64,000 nt of DNA. Source: an uncultured delta proteobacterium. GTDB lineage: Bacteria > Myxococcota_A > Polyangia > Polyangiales > Polyangiaceae. The notes under the pieces were generated by a model. The model saw nothing but the letters and a program-made list of their open reading frames with translations, was not told where the DNA came from and did not search any database. The stretch is taken from the NCBI GenBank assembly GCA_963841435.1, contig CAWJCS010000002.1, forward strand, positions 864,001-928,000, read 5' to 3'. Below, piece by piece: positions 36,966-51,434 of the stretch; positions within the stretch are counted from its first letter, which is position 1, and the number at the start of each line of letters is the position of its first letter. The position numbers and the translations under genes are program-made.

Positions 36966-38508
36966 TCAGGGTGGCAGGCAGATCCGGTAGCGCTGGACCC
37001 GGAGGTCGTCGCCACTCTGCCCGGGCTCGATGAAGCCGAGAGCCAGGTGGTCGGGAGGGACGAAGGCAAGGGCCGGCCAGTCGGGCCCTCGGAAGTCCGG
37101 CGCGGCGGTTGACGCCACGCTCACGAGCAGGGGGTCCCCGAGGGGCGTGCTAGTCGGCTCCGACGCAAAGGGCACGCGCCCGAAGTCCACGCGGCTCGGG
37201 ATCAGGAGCAGGGCGGCCGTCGGCTCCGCGGTCACTTCGTCGAGGCCCAGGATCGGGACGGCCTGGAGCAGTGAGACAACGCCGTTCGGGTCGCCCGGTC
37301 GGACGGCCGCGAGCGTCACCGAGTTGCGAATCAGGTTCGCCTGGCTCATCGCCGAGCAGCTCGCGTCGTCCTCCATGCACCCACTCGCGCCGCAGCCGAT
37401 GGCGCGGCCGTCCGTCGTGAGCCAGCCCTCGTCGTTGGCGGTGGCCGGCGCGAACTTCGTCCAAGATGCCAGCCAAAACCCAGGGATCGTGGTGTCGGCC
37501 ACCGAGGAGCTCAGGTACTCGCCAGCGGCCGTCTGGCACTCGGTGACCGGGAAGGGCGAGAAGGCAGGCGCCTCGGCGAAGACGCCGCCCCCACTCGCCG
37601 TGTAAAGGACGACGGGTTGGTTCGTGACCGTGCCGAACAGCGAAAGCGTGGTCGCCGCCGTGCCGGCCGAGAGCGTGGCCGGTGTCGCGAGGGACCCACC
37701 CGTGAGCGCCACCGTCTGCTCCTCGGTGATCCATGCCGTGTAGACGCTGCCGGCGAGCAGCGCGGCCTGGGGATAGTTGTACGGCAAGGCCGACCAGTAG
37801 TCCGAGCCCACGGGAGCCCGGAGCCGCGGGGCGAAGCTCATGTCGAGCACGAGGTGCCAGACGCGCGAGCCCGTGCCCACGCGATCCTCGAGCGCGACGA
37901 AACCGTGCAGGAGGCCGAGCGATTGCTCGACGACGAGGCCGGCGGCGCTGAGTGGGGCGCCGGCCGTGCTGTCGAGGTTCAGCCCACCGAGCGTTGCAAT
38001 CTCGGCGAGGTCGTCCCCGGTCGCGCCCAGCCGGTAGAACGTGACCTCCCGCGTCCCGGAGGTCTCGGAGAAGCTCGACAGGAAGAAGGCGTCGGCAGCG
38101 CTGGCGAGCGTGACGCGATAGTGCGCGTCGGCGGGGATACGCTCGTCGATGCCGTCGAGCACGACTCCCGTGACGGGCGAGTGCATGCAGGCGCCCGTCG
38201 GTGGTGCAGCCGTCGTCGGTACACGGGTTCTCGTCGTCGCACTCCGGCGGGCACTCCGCAGCGCCGCCGCCGCCCGCCTCGCCCGTCGTCGCGCCCGCCC
38301 CGCCGCTGCCCGCGCCCGCCTCCATGGTCGCATCGCCGCCGCGGCCGCTGCTCGTGCCGCCGGCACCCGCTCCCGCGCGGCCGGCGGCACCGCCCGCCAC
38401 GGGGGCGCCGGCCCCTCCGGTGAGCCCGTCGAAGTCGAGCACGAAGCTGCAGGCGACGAGGCCGGGCAGCGTGAGGGCGGCGAGGCGGGCGGGCTTTTTC
38501 GTCTGCAT
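36966..38508 (-). CDS. Gly/Cys-rich lipoprotein of unknown function (apparent +1 frameshift at ~38195)
   Basis: LVAC lipobox, Gly-rich linker and CDDENPCTDDGC motif in ORF 37150-38508. A beta-rich domain continues in ORF 36966-39353. Confidence 0.7.
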
Positions 38509-38509
38509 T

Positions 38510-39340
38510 TCAGAACCGGATTCGAGCCGTGGCCCGCGCGCCGTCGGCGGCGACGCCGAGCCGCACTTCGCTCTGTGATGCCCTCTCGGAGGAATCGTTC
38601 GAGAAGAGGAGTACGATGCCGACGCCCGCGCTCACGATGGCCGCACCCGTCGCGAGGGTGCTCGCGAGCGCGAGCGTCTTGCCCGGAGCGACGTTGTGGT
38701 CGGTACACTGTGGGCTGCACGACGACTTCAGGTCCTCGTACTTGCCGTTCGCGAGCACGCCCGTGAGGGCAGCCGCGGCCGTTGCGACCCCCGCCACGCC
38801 GAACAGGGCGAGCGACGCTACCGGGCTCGGCGATTCCTTCGGCGCGGGGGGCGGCGCCGGTGGCGGTGGTGGTGGCGGGGAGCTCGCCTGAGCGGCGGGC
38901 CGTGGCTGAGGCTCGGGCGCCGTGGCCCGAGCAGGAACAGGCGCGACCGCGGGCGAAAGGGCGCGCCGTTTTTCGAGGTTTTGCAGGCGAAGTCGCGTGG
39001 TTTCCGCGTGTTCGCCCCGGGGCTCGGCGGCAAGATAGCCTTGGAGCGCCGTGATCGCTGCGTCGAGATCGCCGCGCCGCTCCTGGACCGTGGCGATGTT
39101 GAGCAGGATCGCCGGGCGCTTCGAGAGCTCGTAGGCTTTCTCGAACGCTTTCAGCGCGTTCTCGAGATCGCTCTCCTCGAGGTAGGCCACGCCTGAGTCG
39201 AAATGGCGGCGCGCGAGGTCGTCCGAGCTGGCCGAAGGCGTGGGGTCCTCGGCGAGCGCGGGCAGTGCCACGACTTGCACGACGAGGCACGACGCGACCG
39301 ACAACGTCCAACGTGCGGCGGCCGATTTCCGCGCCAGCAT
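38510..39340 (-). CDS. Secreted TPR protein with C-terminal hydrophobic segments
   Basis: Signal peptide, ARRHFDSG...AFEKAYEL...LLNIA TPR, poly-Pro linker, Gly-rich TMs and C-terminal F. Confidence 0.8.
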   Translation of the reverse strand: MLARKSAAARWTLSVASCLVVQVVALPALAEDPTPSASSDDLARRHFDSGVAYLEESDLENALKAFEKAYELSKRPAILLNIATVQERRGDLDAAITALQGYLAAEPRGEHAETTRLRLQNLEKRRALSPAVAPVPARATAPEPQPRPAAQASSPPPPPPPAPPPAPKESPSPVASLALFGVAGVATAAAALTGVLANGKYEDLKSSCSPQCTDHNVAPGKTLALASTLATGAAIVSAGVGIVLLFSNDSSERASQSEVRLGVAADGARATARIRF

Positions 39341-39463
39341 CCCGCTGATCCATAGCACGATCGGTGCCGGCCCCGGAATTGCGCGTAGAAAAGCCGCGCC
39401 GCTCCCGGCTCCGAAAAACGCGCCGGAGGCGAGGGCCGGGCCGTGGTAAGCGCCGGCGTCAAC

Positions 39464-42808
<3,345 letters not shown>

Positions 42809-42839
42809 CCCGGGCGCTCGACTGGGCTAGATCTGGGGC

Positions 42840-43331
42840 GTGGCGCGTCGCTACCCCCTCGAGCCGCTGGTCACGCTGAGGCGCAGGCGGGTCGATCGGC
42901 GCGCCGAGGAGCTCGCGGCGGCCGCCGAAAAGAGCTTGCTGAAGGAGCGGGTCGCGCGCGCCGCGAGCGACCAGCGCGTCGCCGCGGAGGAGCAGGCCGC
43001 CCGTGCTCGCAGCGCCGAGCAGGACGTGCTCGAACGCGGCGAGCTCTCGGCCCGCGATCTCGCGCAGGGGGCGCTGCACCGTCTCACGGTCGATGCCCAG
43101 CTCAACGCGCTGTCGCGCCGGGAGGCCGATGCGGGCGCGCGCGCTCTCGAGGCGTCGGGCCGCGAGGCGCAGGCGCGCGCCGAGCTCGGCCGGGCGCGGG
43201 CGGAGCACGAGGCCGTCGAGCGGCACCAGCGCCGCTTTCGCGCCGCGGAGCAGCGGGCGAGCGAGCGTTCGGAGGAGGACGCTGCCGCCGACCGCTTCCT
43301 CGCGGCGCGACGGGGAGCCCGGCGGGGTTGA
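42840..43331 (+). CDS. Coiled-coil hypothetical protein, FliJ/SctO-like
   Basis: 163 aa, predicted all-helical. N-terminal YPLEPLVTLR and C-terminal ERSEED. TTGA overlap with the next gene. Confidence 0.55.
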   Translation: MARRYPLEPLVTLRRRRVDRRAEELAAAAEKSLLKERVARAASDQRVAAEEQAARARSAEQDVLERGELSARDLAQGALHRLTVDAQLNALSRREADAGARALEASGREAQARAELGRARAEHEAVERHQRRFRAAEQRASERSEEDAAADRFLAARRGARRG

Positions 43332-45745
43332 CGTCACGCGGCTGGCTCCTCCTAGCCGCCCTGGCAGGCGGCGCACTGCTCATGGTCTGTCAGGTACCGC
43401 GGGGCGTGGTGGCTCCCGATTCGGACCCGAAGCTTGCACGGACGGCCGCGCTCTCGTCGCTGCCGAGCGGCACGCACCCAGCGCCGGCGCCGCCGTCGGG
43501 GATTGGCGAAGAGCGCTTCACGCCGATCGTCACCGAGCCCGCCTTCGCTGCCGTCGCTGCCGCGCTCGAGCAGGGCGACGCCAAGCTCGCGCTCGTCGAG
43601 CTCGACCGCGCCGTCGCCGCGCATCCGCCCGCCGAGGCCGACGCCCCCCGCGTCGCGCTGTTCACGGGGCTCAGCGCCGAGCGTGCCTCCGACGCCGGAC
43701 GCGCGCTCGCCGCTTACGAGCGCGCGGACGTTGCGGGCTATGTGCTCTCCGGTCACGCCAAGGTCGGCAAGTCCCGCGCCCTTTTGGCGCTGGGGCGCTC
43801 GGCGGAGGCGCTCGCCGTTGCCCGGAGCGTTCCCGAGGAGCCGTCGCTTACGAGCGCGCGGCGTCTCGCGCTCGCGGACGCCGCGCTCGGTGTCGGGGAC
43901 CGACCCGCGGCGCTCGCGGCGTTGCGGGCCGAGCTCGCAGCGTCGAGCGGGAAAAGCGGCTGGGGCGTCGCGCTCAGGCTCGCCGAGCTTTCGCTCGCGC
44001 CCGCCAGCGATGGCAAGCCGCCCGAAGCGTCGGCGGTGCTGACGGCGCTGTCGCTGGCGCGTCGCGTGGCTGCAGAAGCTGCCGCGCAGGACGAAACGGC
44101 CCGCCGTGCGACGGACCTCGAGGCGCGGGCTCTCGCGGCGCTGCCGCCCGCGGAGCGGGCCGAGCACTCGACGCCCGGCGTACAAGACGAGATCACTCGC
44201 GTGGAAGTGCTGCTCGACGCGCGGCGGTTCGCCGACGCGCTGTCGGTCGCGGACTCGCTCGCGCAGCGACCGGGCGCCAAGCTCGACGACCGAAGCTTCT
44301 GCCAGCTCGAATCGGCCCGCGCGAAGGCGCTCGCCGGGCGGCGCGACAGGGCAGGGGCGCTCTCGGTGGCCAGCGGCGCGCTCGACCGCTGCAAGGGCGA
44401 CCCGGCGGCGCACGCACGCCTGCTTTTCAACCTCGGGCGCTACGCTGCGGCAGAGGCCCGCTTCACCGATGCCGCTCGCTACTACGGCCGCGTGGAGACC
44501 GAGCACCCCGAGAGTAGCCTGGCCGACGATGCGCGGCTCGCCGCGGCGCTCGCGTACCTCGAGCTCGGCGTCGAGGCGCGCTTTACCGATCTCGTCCAGC
44601 GCTTGCCCGACGACTTCCCCGAGGGAGATATGGTGGCCGAGGGGCTATTTCGCCTCGCGGTGCGGCGCATGGACCGCGGCGACTGGTCCGGCGCAGCTTC
44701 GGTGCTCGAGCGCGCCGTGGGCGTCGTGGGGGACGGGGACGCCGCGCGAGGCGGCGAGCTCGGCGGTCGCGAAAAGTACTTTCTCGCGCGCTGCGAGCTT
44801 CACTTGGGGCAGCGTGACCGGGCGCTCGAGCGCCTCGAAGAGGTCGTCGAAGACCAGCCGCTCTCCTATTACATGCTCCACGCCTACTCCCGGCTGTTGG
44901 CGCTCGATGCCGCGCGCGCCGGGCGCGCGAGAAAGCTCGCGCTGGAGCGTGCGCAGTCGGACGGCCGCCCGCGCGTTCCTCCTCTGCTGCTCGAGGAGCC
45001 GGGCATGCGTCGCGCGCTCGAGCTCTTTCGCGTGGGCGAGACCGCGAGCGCCGTCACCGAGCTCGACGCGCTCGGCCTCACGGGACCGGGGGCGCGGCCC
45101 GAGCTGCTCTGGGCGGTGGCTCGCACCTACACGCGTGCCGGTGCCGACAAGCTCGCCCACGATGTCGTGCGCGCGCGGCTCACCGACTGGCTGGCGCGTT
45201 GGCCCGCCGGAGACTGGGCGGACGCGTGGCGCGTGGCCTTTCCGACGCCCTATCGCGCGATCGTCGAAGGGGCTGCCGCGCGCCAGGGCCTCGATCCGGC
45301 GCTGGTGTTCGCGGTGATCCGCGAGGAATCCGCCTTCGATCCTGGCGCGGAGAGCCCGGCCGACGCTCATGGCCTCATGCAGCTCATCGTCCCGACGGCG
45401 CGCGTCGCGGCGAAAGGCACGGGGCTGCCGCACGATCGGCGTGCCCTAAAGCGGCCCAAGGTGAACGTGGAGCTCGGGTGCCGTACGCTCGCGCGCTACC
45501 TGAAGGCGTTCTCGGCGAACCCGCTTCTGGCCATTCCCGGCTACAATGCGGGTCCCGGGCGCGTGCGTCGCTGGGTCGCGGATCGGCCAAGCGCGGATTT
45601 CGATCTCTGGGTGGAGCTCATCCCGTACCTCGAGACGCGGCGCTACACGAAGCGCGTGCTCGCGAGCCGTGCCGCCTACGCGTTCCTCTATGCAAAGCCC
45701 GGGACCGAGCCGGACCTCACCCTGCCGGAGAAGGTCACGCCGTGA
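43328..45745 (+). CDS. Soluble lytic transglycosylase (TPR + SLT domain)
   Basis: IREESAF, GLMQL, YNAGPG, ETRRYTKRV, with TPR-like N-terminal helices. Confidence 0.93.
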   Translation: MTSRGWLLLAALAGGALLMVCQVPRGVVAPDSDPKLARTAALSSLPSGTHPAPAPPSGIGEERFTPIVTEPAFAAVAAALEQGDAKLALVELDRAVAAHPPAEADAPRVALFTGLSAERASDAGRALAAYERADVAGYVLSGHAKVGKSRALLALGRSAEALAVARSVPEEPSLTSARRLALADAALGVGDRPAALAALRAELAASSGKSGWGVALRLAELSLAPASDGKPPEASAVLTALSLARRVAAEAAAQDETARRATDLEARALAALPPAERAEHSTPGVQDEITRVEVLLDARRFADALSVADSLAQRPGAKLDDRSFCQLESARAKALAGRRDRAGALSVASGALDRCKGDPAAHARLLFNLGRYAAAEARFTDAARYYGRVETEHPESSLADDARLAAALAYLELGVEARFTDLVQRLPDDFPEGDMVAEGLFRLAVRRMDRGDWSGAASVLERAVGVVGDGDAARGGELGGREKYFLARCELHLGQRDRALERLEEVVEDQPLSYYMLHAYSRLLALDAARAGRARKLALERAQSDGRPRVPPLLLEEPGMRRALELFRVGETASAVTELDALGLTGPGARPELLWAVARTYTRAGADKLAHDVVRARLTDWLARWPAGDWADAWRVAFPTPYRAIVEGAAARQGLDPALVFAVIREESAFDPGAESPADAHGLMQLIVPTARVAAKGTGLPHDRRALKRPKVNVELGCRTLARYLKAFSANPLLAIPGYNAGPGRVRRWVADRPSADFDLWVELIPYLETRRYTKRVLASRAAYAFLYAKPGTEPDLTLPEKVTP

Positions 45746-45898
45746 GATCGCGCGCGATGCGGCGAGACCTTGCCGCGCGTCGGTGCGCCACAGCCCAATA
45801 AAGCGTCAGGCTCGAGGGGAGGCCCAAGTCGAGGCCCGGGGGGCTCGCGTGGCTGAGCTTTGCGCTAAGGTACGGCCTCACCCGGAAGGAGGCGCCTC

Positions 45899-46463
45899 GT
45901 GGCCGTTTCATCCAGCATGCTTGCGCTGGGCACTCCGCTGCCCGCTTTCGCGCTGCCCGATACCGTCAGCGGGCGCACCGTCTCTTCGAACGACCTCAAG
46001 GGCGTGCCCGCCGTCGTGATGTTCATCTGCAATCATTGTCCGTACGTGAAGCGCATCCAGGCCGGGCTCGTGGAGTTCGGGCGCTACTGCGACGAGCACG
46101 GCGTGCGGATCCTCGCGATCAGCCCCAACGATCCCGAGCAAATACCCCGAGGATGCGCCCGACCAGATGGCGGCCGAGGCAAAGCGCGTCGGCTACTCGT
46201 TTCCGTACCTGTTCGACGAGTCACAGGCCGTCGCCAAGGCCTTCGAGGCCGCGTGCACGCCCGAGCTCTATCTCTTCGATCGCCACGGCAGCCTCGCGTA
46301 CCGGGGGCGTTTCGACGACGCCTCGCCCAAGAATCAAGTGCCGGTCACGGGTCGCGACGCGCGCCTTGCCGTCGAGGCCGTGCTCGCCGGCAAGGCGCCG
46401 AGCGCCGAGCAGATCCCGAGCATCGGCTGCAGTATCAAGTGGAGGCCCGGTAACGAGCCTTGA
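45899..46463 (+). CDS. Thioredoxin/AhpC-TSA family protein (apparent +1 frameshift at ~46141)
   Basis: FICNHCPYV, then FPYLFDESQ, ACTPE, YRGRFDD and PSIGCSIKW in the next frame. Confidence 0.9.
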
Positions 46464-47494
46464 GGTGCGCGCCGGGCCGCTTCGCCTCCGCTGCGCTGGC
46501 CGCGCTCGCGGCTCTCGCGCTCTTCCCCCACGCGGCACGCACCGGCCCCCGGCCATTTGCCGTGGTCGATCTCCACGTTGACCTCTCCTACCAGACCAAC
46601 TACGAGGGGCGTTCATTCGCCCGGGCGACCCGGCAGTTTCCCGCAGCGGAGCTCGCACGGGCCGGCGTCGTCGGCGTCGTGCTGCCGCTCTTCGTGCCGC
46701 GTGGCGTGTCGCCCACGGGGCCGCGCAAGGCCGACCTCGAGAGCTCCTACGCGCGCATTTTCGGCGAAATCGCTGCGAGTGATGCCTACGCGCTGCCCGG
46801 TTGTCTGCCGCGCGGCGGTCGCGTGGCGACGTTTCTCGCGCTCGAGGGCGCAGGGCAGCTCGCGGGCGACCCGGATGCATTGACCGCGTGGGCCGCGCGC
46901 GGGCTGAGGTCGCTCGGCCTCGTGCACACCTGGGCGAACGCGCTCGCCTCGTCGTCCGGCGACGGCGTGAAGAAGCCCTTCGGGCTCACCGAGGCCGGGC
47001 GTGCGCTCGTCCGCCGCGCCGAAGCGCTCGGCGTTCCCGTTGACGTTTCTCATGCGTCCGATCGCGCGGCGCGCGACGTGCTCGATCTCGCGGAAGCGAG
47101 CGGCGCCGTGGTCATTGCCACGCACTCCAACGCGCGAGCGCTCGCCGACCATCCGCGCAACCTCGCCGACGCCGAGCTCCGCCGCATCGCGCACACGGGC
47201 GGTGTGGTCGGCGTGAATTTCCATTCGGCGTTCCTCGCGCGTGGTCGCCCCGCGACGCTCGGCGACGTTGTGGCGCAAGTGCGGCATCTGGTGCGCGTCA
47301 TGGGTCCGGAGCACGTTGCCGTCGGCTCGGACTTCGAGGGCGATATTCGCCCACCGCCCGAGCTCTCGGATGTCCGGGGGTACCAGACGCTTGCGGCAGC
47401 GCTCGTCGAGAGCGGGATGACCGAGGGCGAGGTCGAGGGGATCATGGCGAAGAACGCGCTTCGCGTGCTGTGTCGCGCGGGCGGCGAGCTCTGA
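46460..47494 (+). CDS. Membrane dipeptidase (peptidase M19)
   Basis: VDLHVD, LEGA, VDVSH, THSN, HPRN, GSDFEG, NALRV. Confidence 0.92.
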   Translation: MRCAPGRFASAALAALAALALFPHAARTGPRPFAVVDLHVDLSYQTNYEGRSFARATRQFPAAELARAGVVGVVLPLFVPRGVSPTGPRKADLESSYARIFGEIAASDAYALPGCLPRGGRVATFLALEGAGQLAGDPDALTAWAARGLRSLGLVHTWANALASSSGDGVKKPFGLTEAGRALVRRAEALGVPVDVSHASDRAARDVLDLAEASGAVVIATHSNARALADHPRNLADAELRRIAHTGGVVGVNFHSAFLARGRPATLGDVVAQVRHLVRVMGPEHVAVGSDFEGDIRPPPELSDVRGYQTLAAALVESGMTEGEVEGIMAKNALRVLCRAGGEL

Positions 47495-47507
47495 TAGGCT
47501 CGCTCGC

Positions 47508-49871
47508 GTGGAACCGGTGCGTGAGACCGCAGCGCGCCCCGCATGGTCGGCGTTCGTGATCGCCGGGTTGCTCGCGAGCGCCTGCTCGCCGCGTTGTCGC
47601 CAGGCTGCCCCGCGCGCGCCGGGCGAGCCCGGCCCCGCACCGTCGGATTGAGAGGGCGCGGTGGCGCGCGAAGGCGGCGCAGCGCCCCCGCGCCCGGTGA
47701 CCGATCCGGCGCCGTGGTTGCTCGAGTACCACTCGCCCGCGCGGAGCTGGGAACGCGAGGGGCTGCCCATCGGTAACGGCACGCTCGGCGCCATGGTGCT
47801 CGGGGGGCCAGGCGACGCCGAGCTCGTCTTCAACGTCGGCTCGCTCTGGACCGGCGACGCGAACCCGAGTGGCCAGTTCGACGACGACGGCTTCGGCAAT
47901 TATCAGGCTTTCGGCACGCTCTCGCTCGAGCTCTACGATCTCGCCGCCGCGGGCGACTACACGCGGCGCCTCGACCTTTCTCGTGCCGTCCACACGGCGA
48001 CCTTCATCGGACCCGACGGGACCCGTTACGCCATGGAGGCCCTCGCGAGCGCCCCGGCTCGTGTCATCGCGCTGCGCCTGCGGGCCGATGGTCCCGCCGA
48101 GCTGCGCGGGCGTTTGCGGCTCGTGGGCGCGCACGGCGAGCGGACCCGCAGCCTGCCGCGCGGTCTCGAGCTCGCCGGCAAGCTCACGAACGGCCTCGTC
48201 TACGCCGCGAGGCTCGGCGCGGTCTCGGACGGGCAGCTGCACGAGGTCGGCGACGACCTCACCTTCACGGGTGGCCGCACGCTCACGCTGTACCTCGCCG
48301 CTGACACCGACTACGCACTCGACGCAGCGACGCACTTTCGTGGTGCGCCTCCGGGCCCGCGCATCGGCGACGCGGTGGCGCGCGCCGAGGGCGCCGGCTT
48401 CGATGCCACGTTGCGCGAGCACGTCGTTGACCACGCACGGCTTTTCTCACGCGTTGACGCCGATTTCGGGCGCAGCTCCGGGGAGGTGCGAAGCCTCACG
48501 ACGGACCTGCGCGTGGAGCGCTACACGCCGAATGGTGACCCCGAGCTCCTCGCGACGCTCTTTCACTACGGTCGCTACCTGCTGATCGCTTCGTCGCGCC
48601 CGGGCGGCCTGCCCGCGAACCTGCAGGGCATCTGGAACGAGTCGAATCATCCCCCGTGGCATTGTGACTACCATTCGAACATCAACCTGCAGATGAACTA
48701 CTGGCTCGCCGAGCCGACGAATCTCGCCGAGTGCCACCTGCCGCTGTTCGATCTGCTCGACGCCACGCTGCCGGCGGCGCGCGACGCCACGCGTTCGGCT
48801 TTCGGACCCGATACGAAGGGCTTCACGTACCGGACCTCCCAGAACGTCTTCGGCGGCCAGGGCTGGGAGTGGAACACCCCGGCGGGCGCCTGGTACGCGA
48901 TGCACTACTGGGAGCACTACGCGTTCAGCCTGGATTGCGAGTTCCTCGAGCGCCGTGCCTACCCGTACCTGCGTGAGGCCACGGAGTTCTGGCTCGGCCG
49001 GCTCGTGCGCCGCGACGACGGGAAGCTCGTCGCTCCCGACGGCTGGTCACCCGAGCACGGACCGCGCGAGGACGGCGTCACCTACGACCAGGAGCTCGTG
49101 TGGGAGCTCATGGCCGACACGCTTTCGGCGGCCCGCGCGCTCGGGATCGACGATGCTTTCGTCAGGCGCGTGCGGGCCGCACAGCGCGAGCTCCTCGGCC
49201 CGCGCGTGGGGCGCTTTGGGCAGCTGATGGAATGGACGACCGATCGCGACGATCCCGAAGACCGGCATCGGCACGTCTCGCAGCTCGTGGGCGTGTTCCC
49301 GGGACACCACATCAGTGCTCTGGGCACGAAGGAGCTCGCCAAGGCCGCCGAAGTGTCGTTGCGCGCCCGAGGCGACACGGGTGACTCCCAGCGCTCGTGG
49401 ACCTGGCCCTGGCGCTGCGCGCTCTGGGCGCGGCTCCGCACGCCCGAGTGCCACCGCATGCTCGATGGGTACGTCGCCCACAATCTCCTGCCGAATCTCC
49501 TCGCGACGCATCCGCCCCTGCAGCTCGACGGCAGCTACGGCATCAGCGCGGGCATCGCGGAAATGCTGCTCCAATCGCACGCGGGCGCGCTGGAGCTCCT
49601 GCCCGGCGTCGACCTCTCGCGCTGGCCCTCGGGATCGTTTCGGGGACTTCGTGCTCGCGGTGGATTCGAGGTGGCGGCGCGCTGGTACGCGGGGGCGCTC
49701 GCCGATGCCCAGATCCTGTCCCTCAGGGGCGGCCCCCTCGAGGTGAAGAGCAGCCCGACTCCGACCGGCGTCTCCACGGAGCCAGGCGATGCGGTCGCCG
49801 CGAAGCACACCAAGACCGGGGCCCTGCGCTTCGAAACGAAAGCCGGCGAGCGCTATCGGCTGATTTGGTAG
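47508..49871 (+). CDS. GH95 alpha-L-fucosidase-like glycosidase; lipoprotein signal separated by an in-frame TGA at 47649
   Basis: LPIGNG, YGRYLLIASSR, PANLQGIWN, NINLQMNYW, SPEHG, HRHVS, GLRARGG. The uninterrupted ORF is 47661-49871. Confidence 0.9.
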
Positions 49872-49876
49872 CCGGC

Positions 49877-50755
49877 TCAGAACGAGAGCACGACGTTGGC
49901 GAGCCCCGTGCCGTCGGCCATCGCCTGGTAGACGGGGTCGTCGACGGTCGCGCCGTTGCAGCTGAGGGTCTTCGAGTCGTCGCTCGCGGCGTTGAGCTCG
50001 CAGGTGCTCGGCATGTTTTCGACCGAGACCGTCCCGCCGGCGAGCGCCTGGGCCTGGACGCTGAAGACGCCGTCCGTGGGCAGAAACAGGGTGATCGAGC
50101 CGTTGCCCGTCGAGAACCCGGCGCCCGTCTGGGGCACCGCGGCGTCGATGGTCGCCGTCATGTCACCGTTGTCGCAATGGGCGGAGATCTCGCTCGCCGA
50201 GCCCGTCGCGAGATCGCAGCCGCCGTTCTCGCTCGTCACGAGCACGCCCATGGCGGCCCCCACGAAGTTGACGTTGGTCGAGCCGTTGGTCTGATCGATA
50301 CGCAAGCGCCCGTCGAAGCTCGGGGGCAGCTCGGCGGTGATGTCGGCGCCGAGCGAGGAGGGTGAGCCGCTCGGCCGCGTCACGTCGATGAGCACGTCAC
50401 CGCCGCTCGCGCCGATCGAGCGCTCGAGTGAGGCGAGGTTTTCCGCAGCGATCTCGTCGGGCGTGTCGTAGGCGCGCAGCACGAACGGCTCGAATGTCAC
50501 GACGAACTCGTCGTCCGCCGATCCGGCGATCACGTGGACGTCGCCCTTCGGACTGTCGATGAGCAGATCGCCCGTGCCGTCATAGGGCGCGGAATCCGAC
50601 TCGGCCGGGGAGACGAAGCGCTTGAGCGATTTCAGGCACACCCCCTGGGCTCCCGTGTCCGGGTTGTCGCAATTTTGGGCCTCGCAGCCCGCGAGGGTGC
50701 TGCCGAACAGCATGCAAGCGACGATCGCGCCCGCTCTTCCCGATGTTCCGTGCAT
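49877..50755 (-). CDS. Lipoprotein with DUF4097-like beta-strand repeats
   Basis: LAGC lipobox and repeated TNGS/ENGG/DNGD/GNGS turns. Confidence 0.7.
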   Translation of the reverse strand: MHGTSGRAGAIVACMLFGSTLAGCEAQNCDNPDTGAQGVCLKSLKRFVSPAESDSAPYDGTGDLLIDSPKGDVHVIAGSADDEFVVTFEPFVLRAYDTPDEIAAENLASLERSIGASGGDVLIDVTRPSGSPSSLGADITAELPPSFDGRLRIDQTNGSTNVNFVGAAMGVLVTSENGGCDLATGSASEISAHCDNGDMTATIDAAVPQTGAGFSTGNGSITLFLPTDGVFSVQAQALAGGTVSVENMPSTCELNAASDDSKTLSCNGATVDDPVYQAMADGTGLANVVLSF

Positions 50756-50870
50756 GGCTCCTACCTTCCTCCGATTTACGAAAGCGAACCCCCCGATCTT
50801 CCTCCAATCGCGCGCCGCGGGAAAGTGCGCGTAGCCGCCGAAAGCCTGCGATGGTAGCCCCTTTGCCTAC

Positions 50871-51410
50871 ATGTCACCCCTCGACGCTCGCTGTCTCGAG
50901 GCGTTTCCCGCCTGGCTCAAGGGGCTCGGCGACGACGCCAGGAAACTCGCCGCGCTGCTCGACGACGCCGCCCTGCCCGAGGGCGCGCGCCGTGGCGCGG
51001 CGGCCGCGCTCAACTACCTCTTCAAATCGCTCGATCTCATTCCCGACGGACTCGAAGACCTCGGATTCGTTGACGATGCGTTCGTGTTTCGCGTGGCAGC
51101 CGCGTCCGTGGGCGCGGCCGACGGTCGTGCGGACTCGACGGGCACGCTGTCGCGGCTCGCGGGCGACGCCTCGCTCGTCGAAGAGTTCCTCGGGGACGTG
51201 TACCCGAAGCTGGTCGCCTACGTGGGCGAGCTCCAGGGCGCCAAGGTGCGCGGCCGGTCTCCGACGGAGCTCGTCACCGACGAAAGCATGCGGGGAGAGC
51301 TGCTACGCGAGGTGCGAGCCTTTGCGGATGGGTACCAGTCGCCCGCCTTCTTGCGCGACGAGAAGAACCTCGTGAAGCTGCGCTCGTTCCTCGCCACCAA
51401 GCTGAAGTGA
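50871..51410 (+). CDS. DUF1232/YkvA-like protein
   Basis: YLFKSLDLIPD...LGFVDD motif. Confidence 0.8.
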   Translation: MSPLDARCLEAFPAWLKGLGDDARKLAALLDDAALPEGARRGAAAALNYLFKSLDLIPDGLEDLGFVDDAFVFRVAAASVGAADGRADSTGTLSRLAGDASLVEEFLGDVYPKLVAYVGELQGAKVRGRSPTELVTDESMRGELLREVRAFADGYQSPAFLRDEKNLVKLRSFLATKLK

Positions 51411-51434
51411 GTCGGGCTCGGGGCGCGGCGTGGC

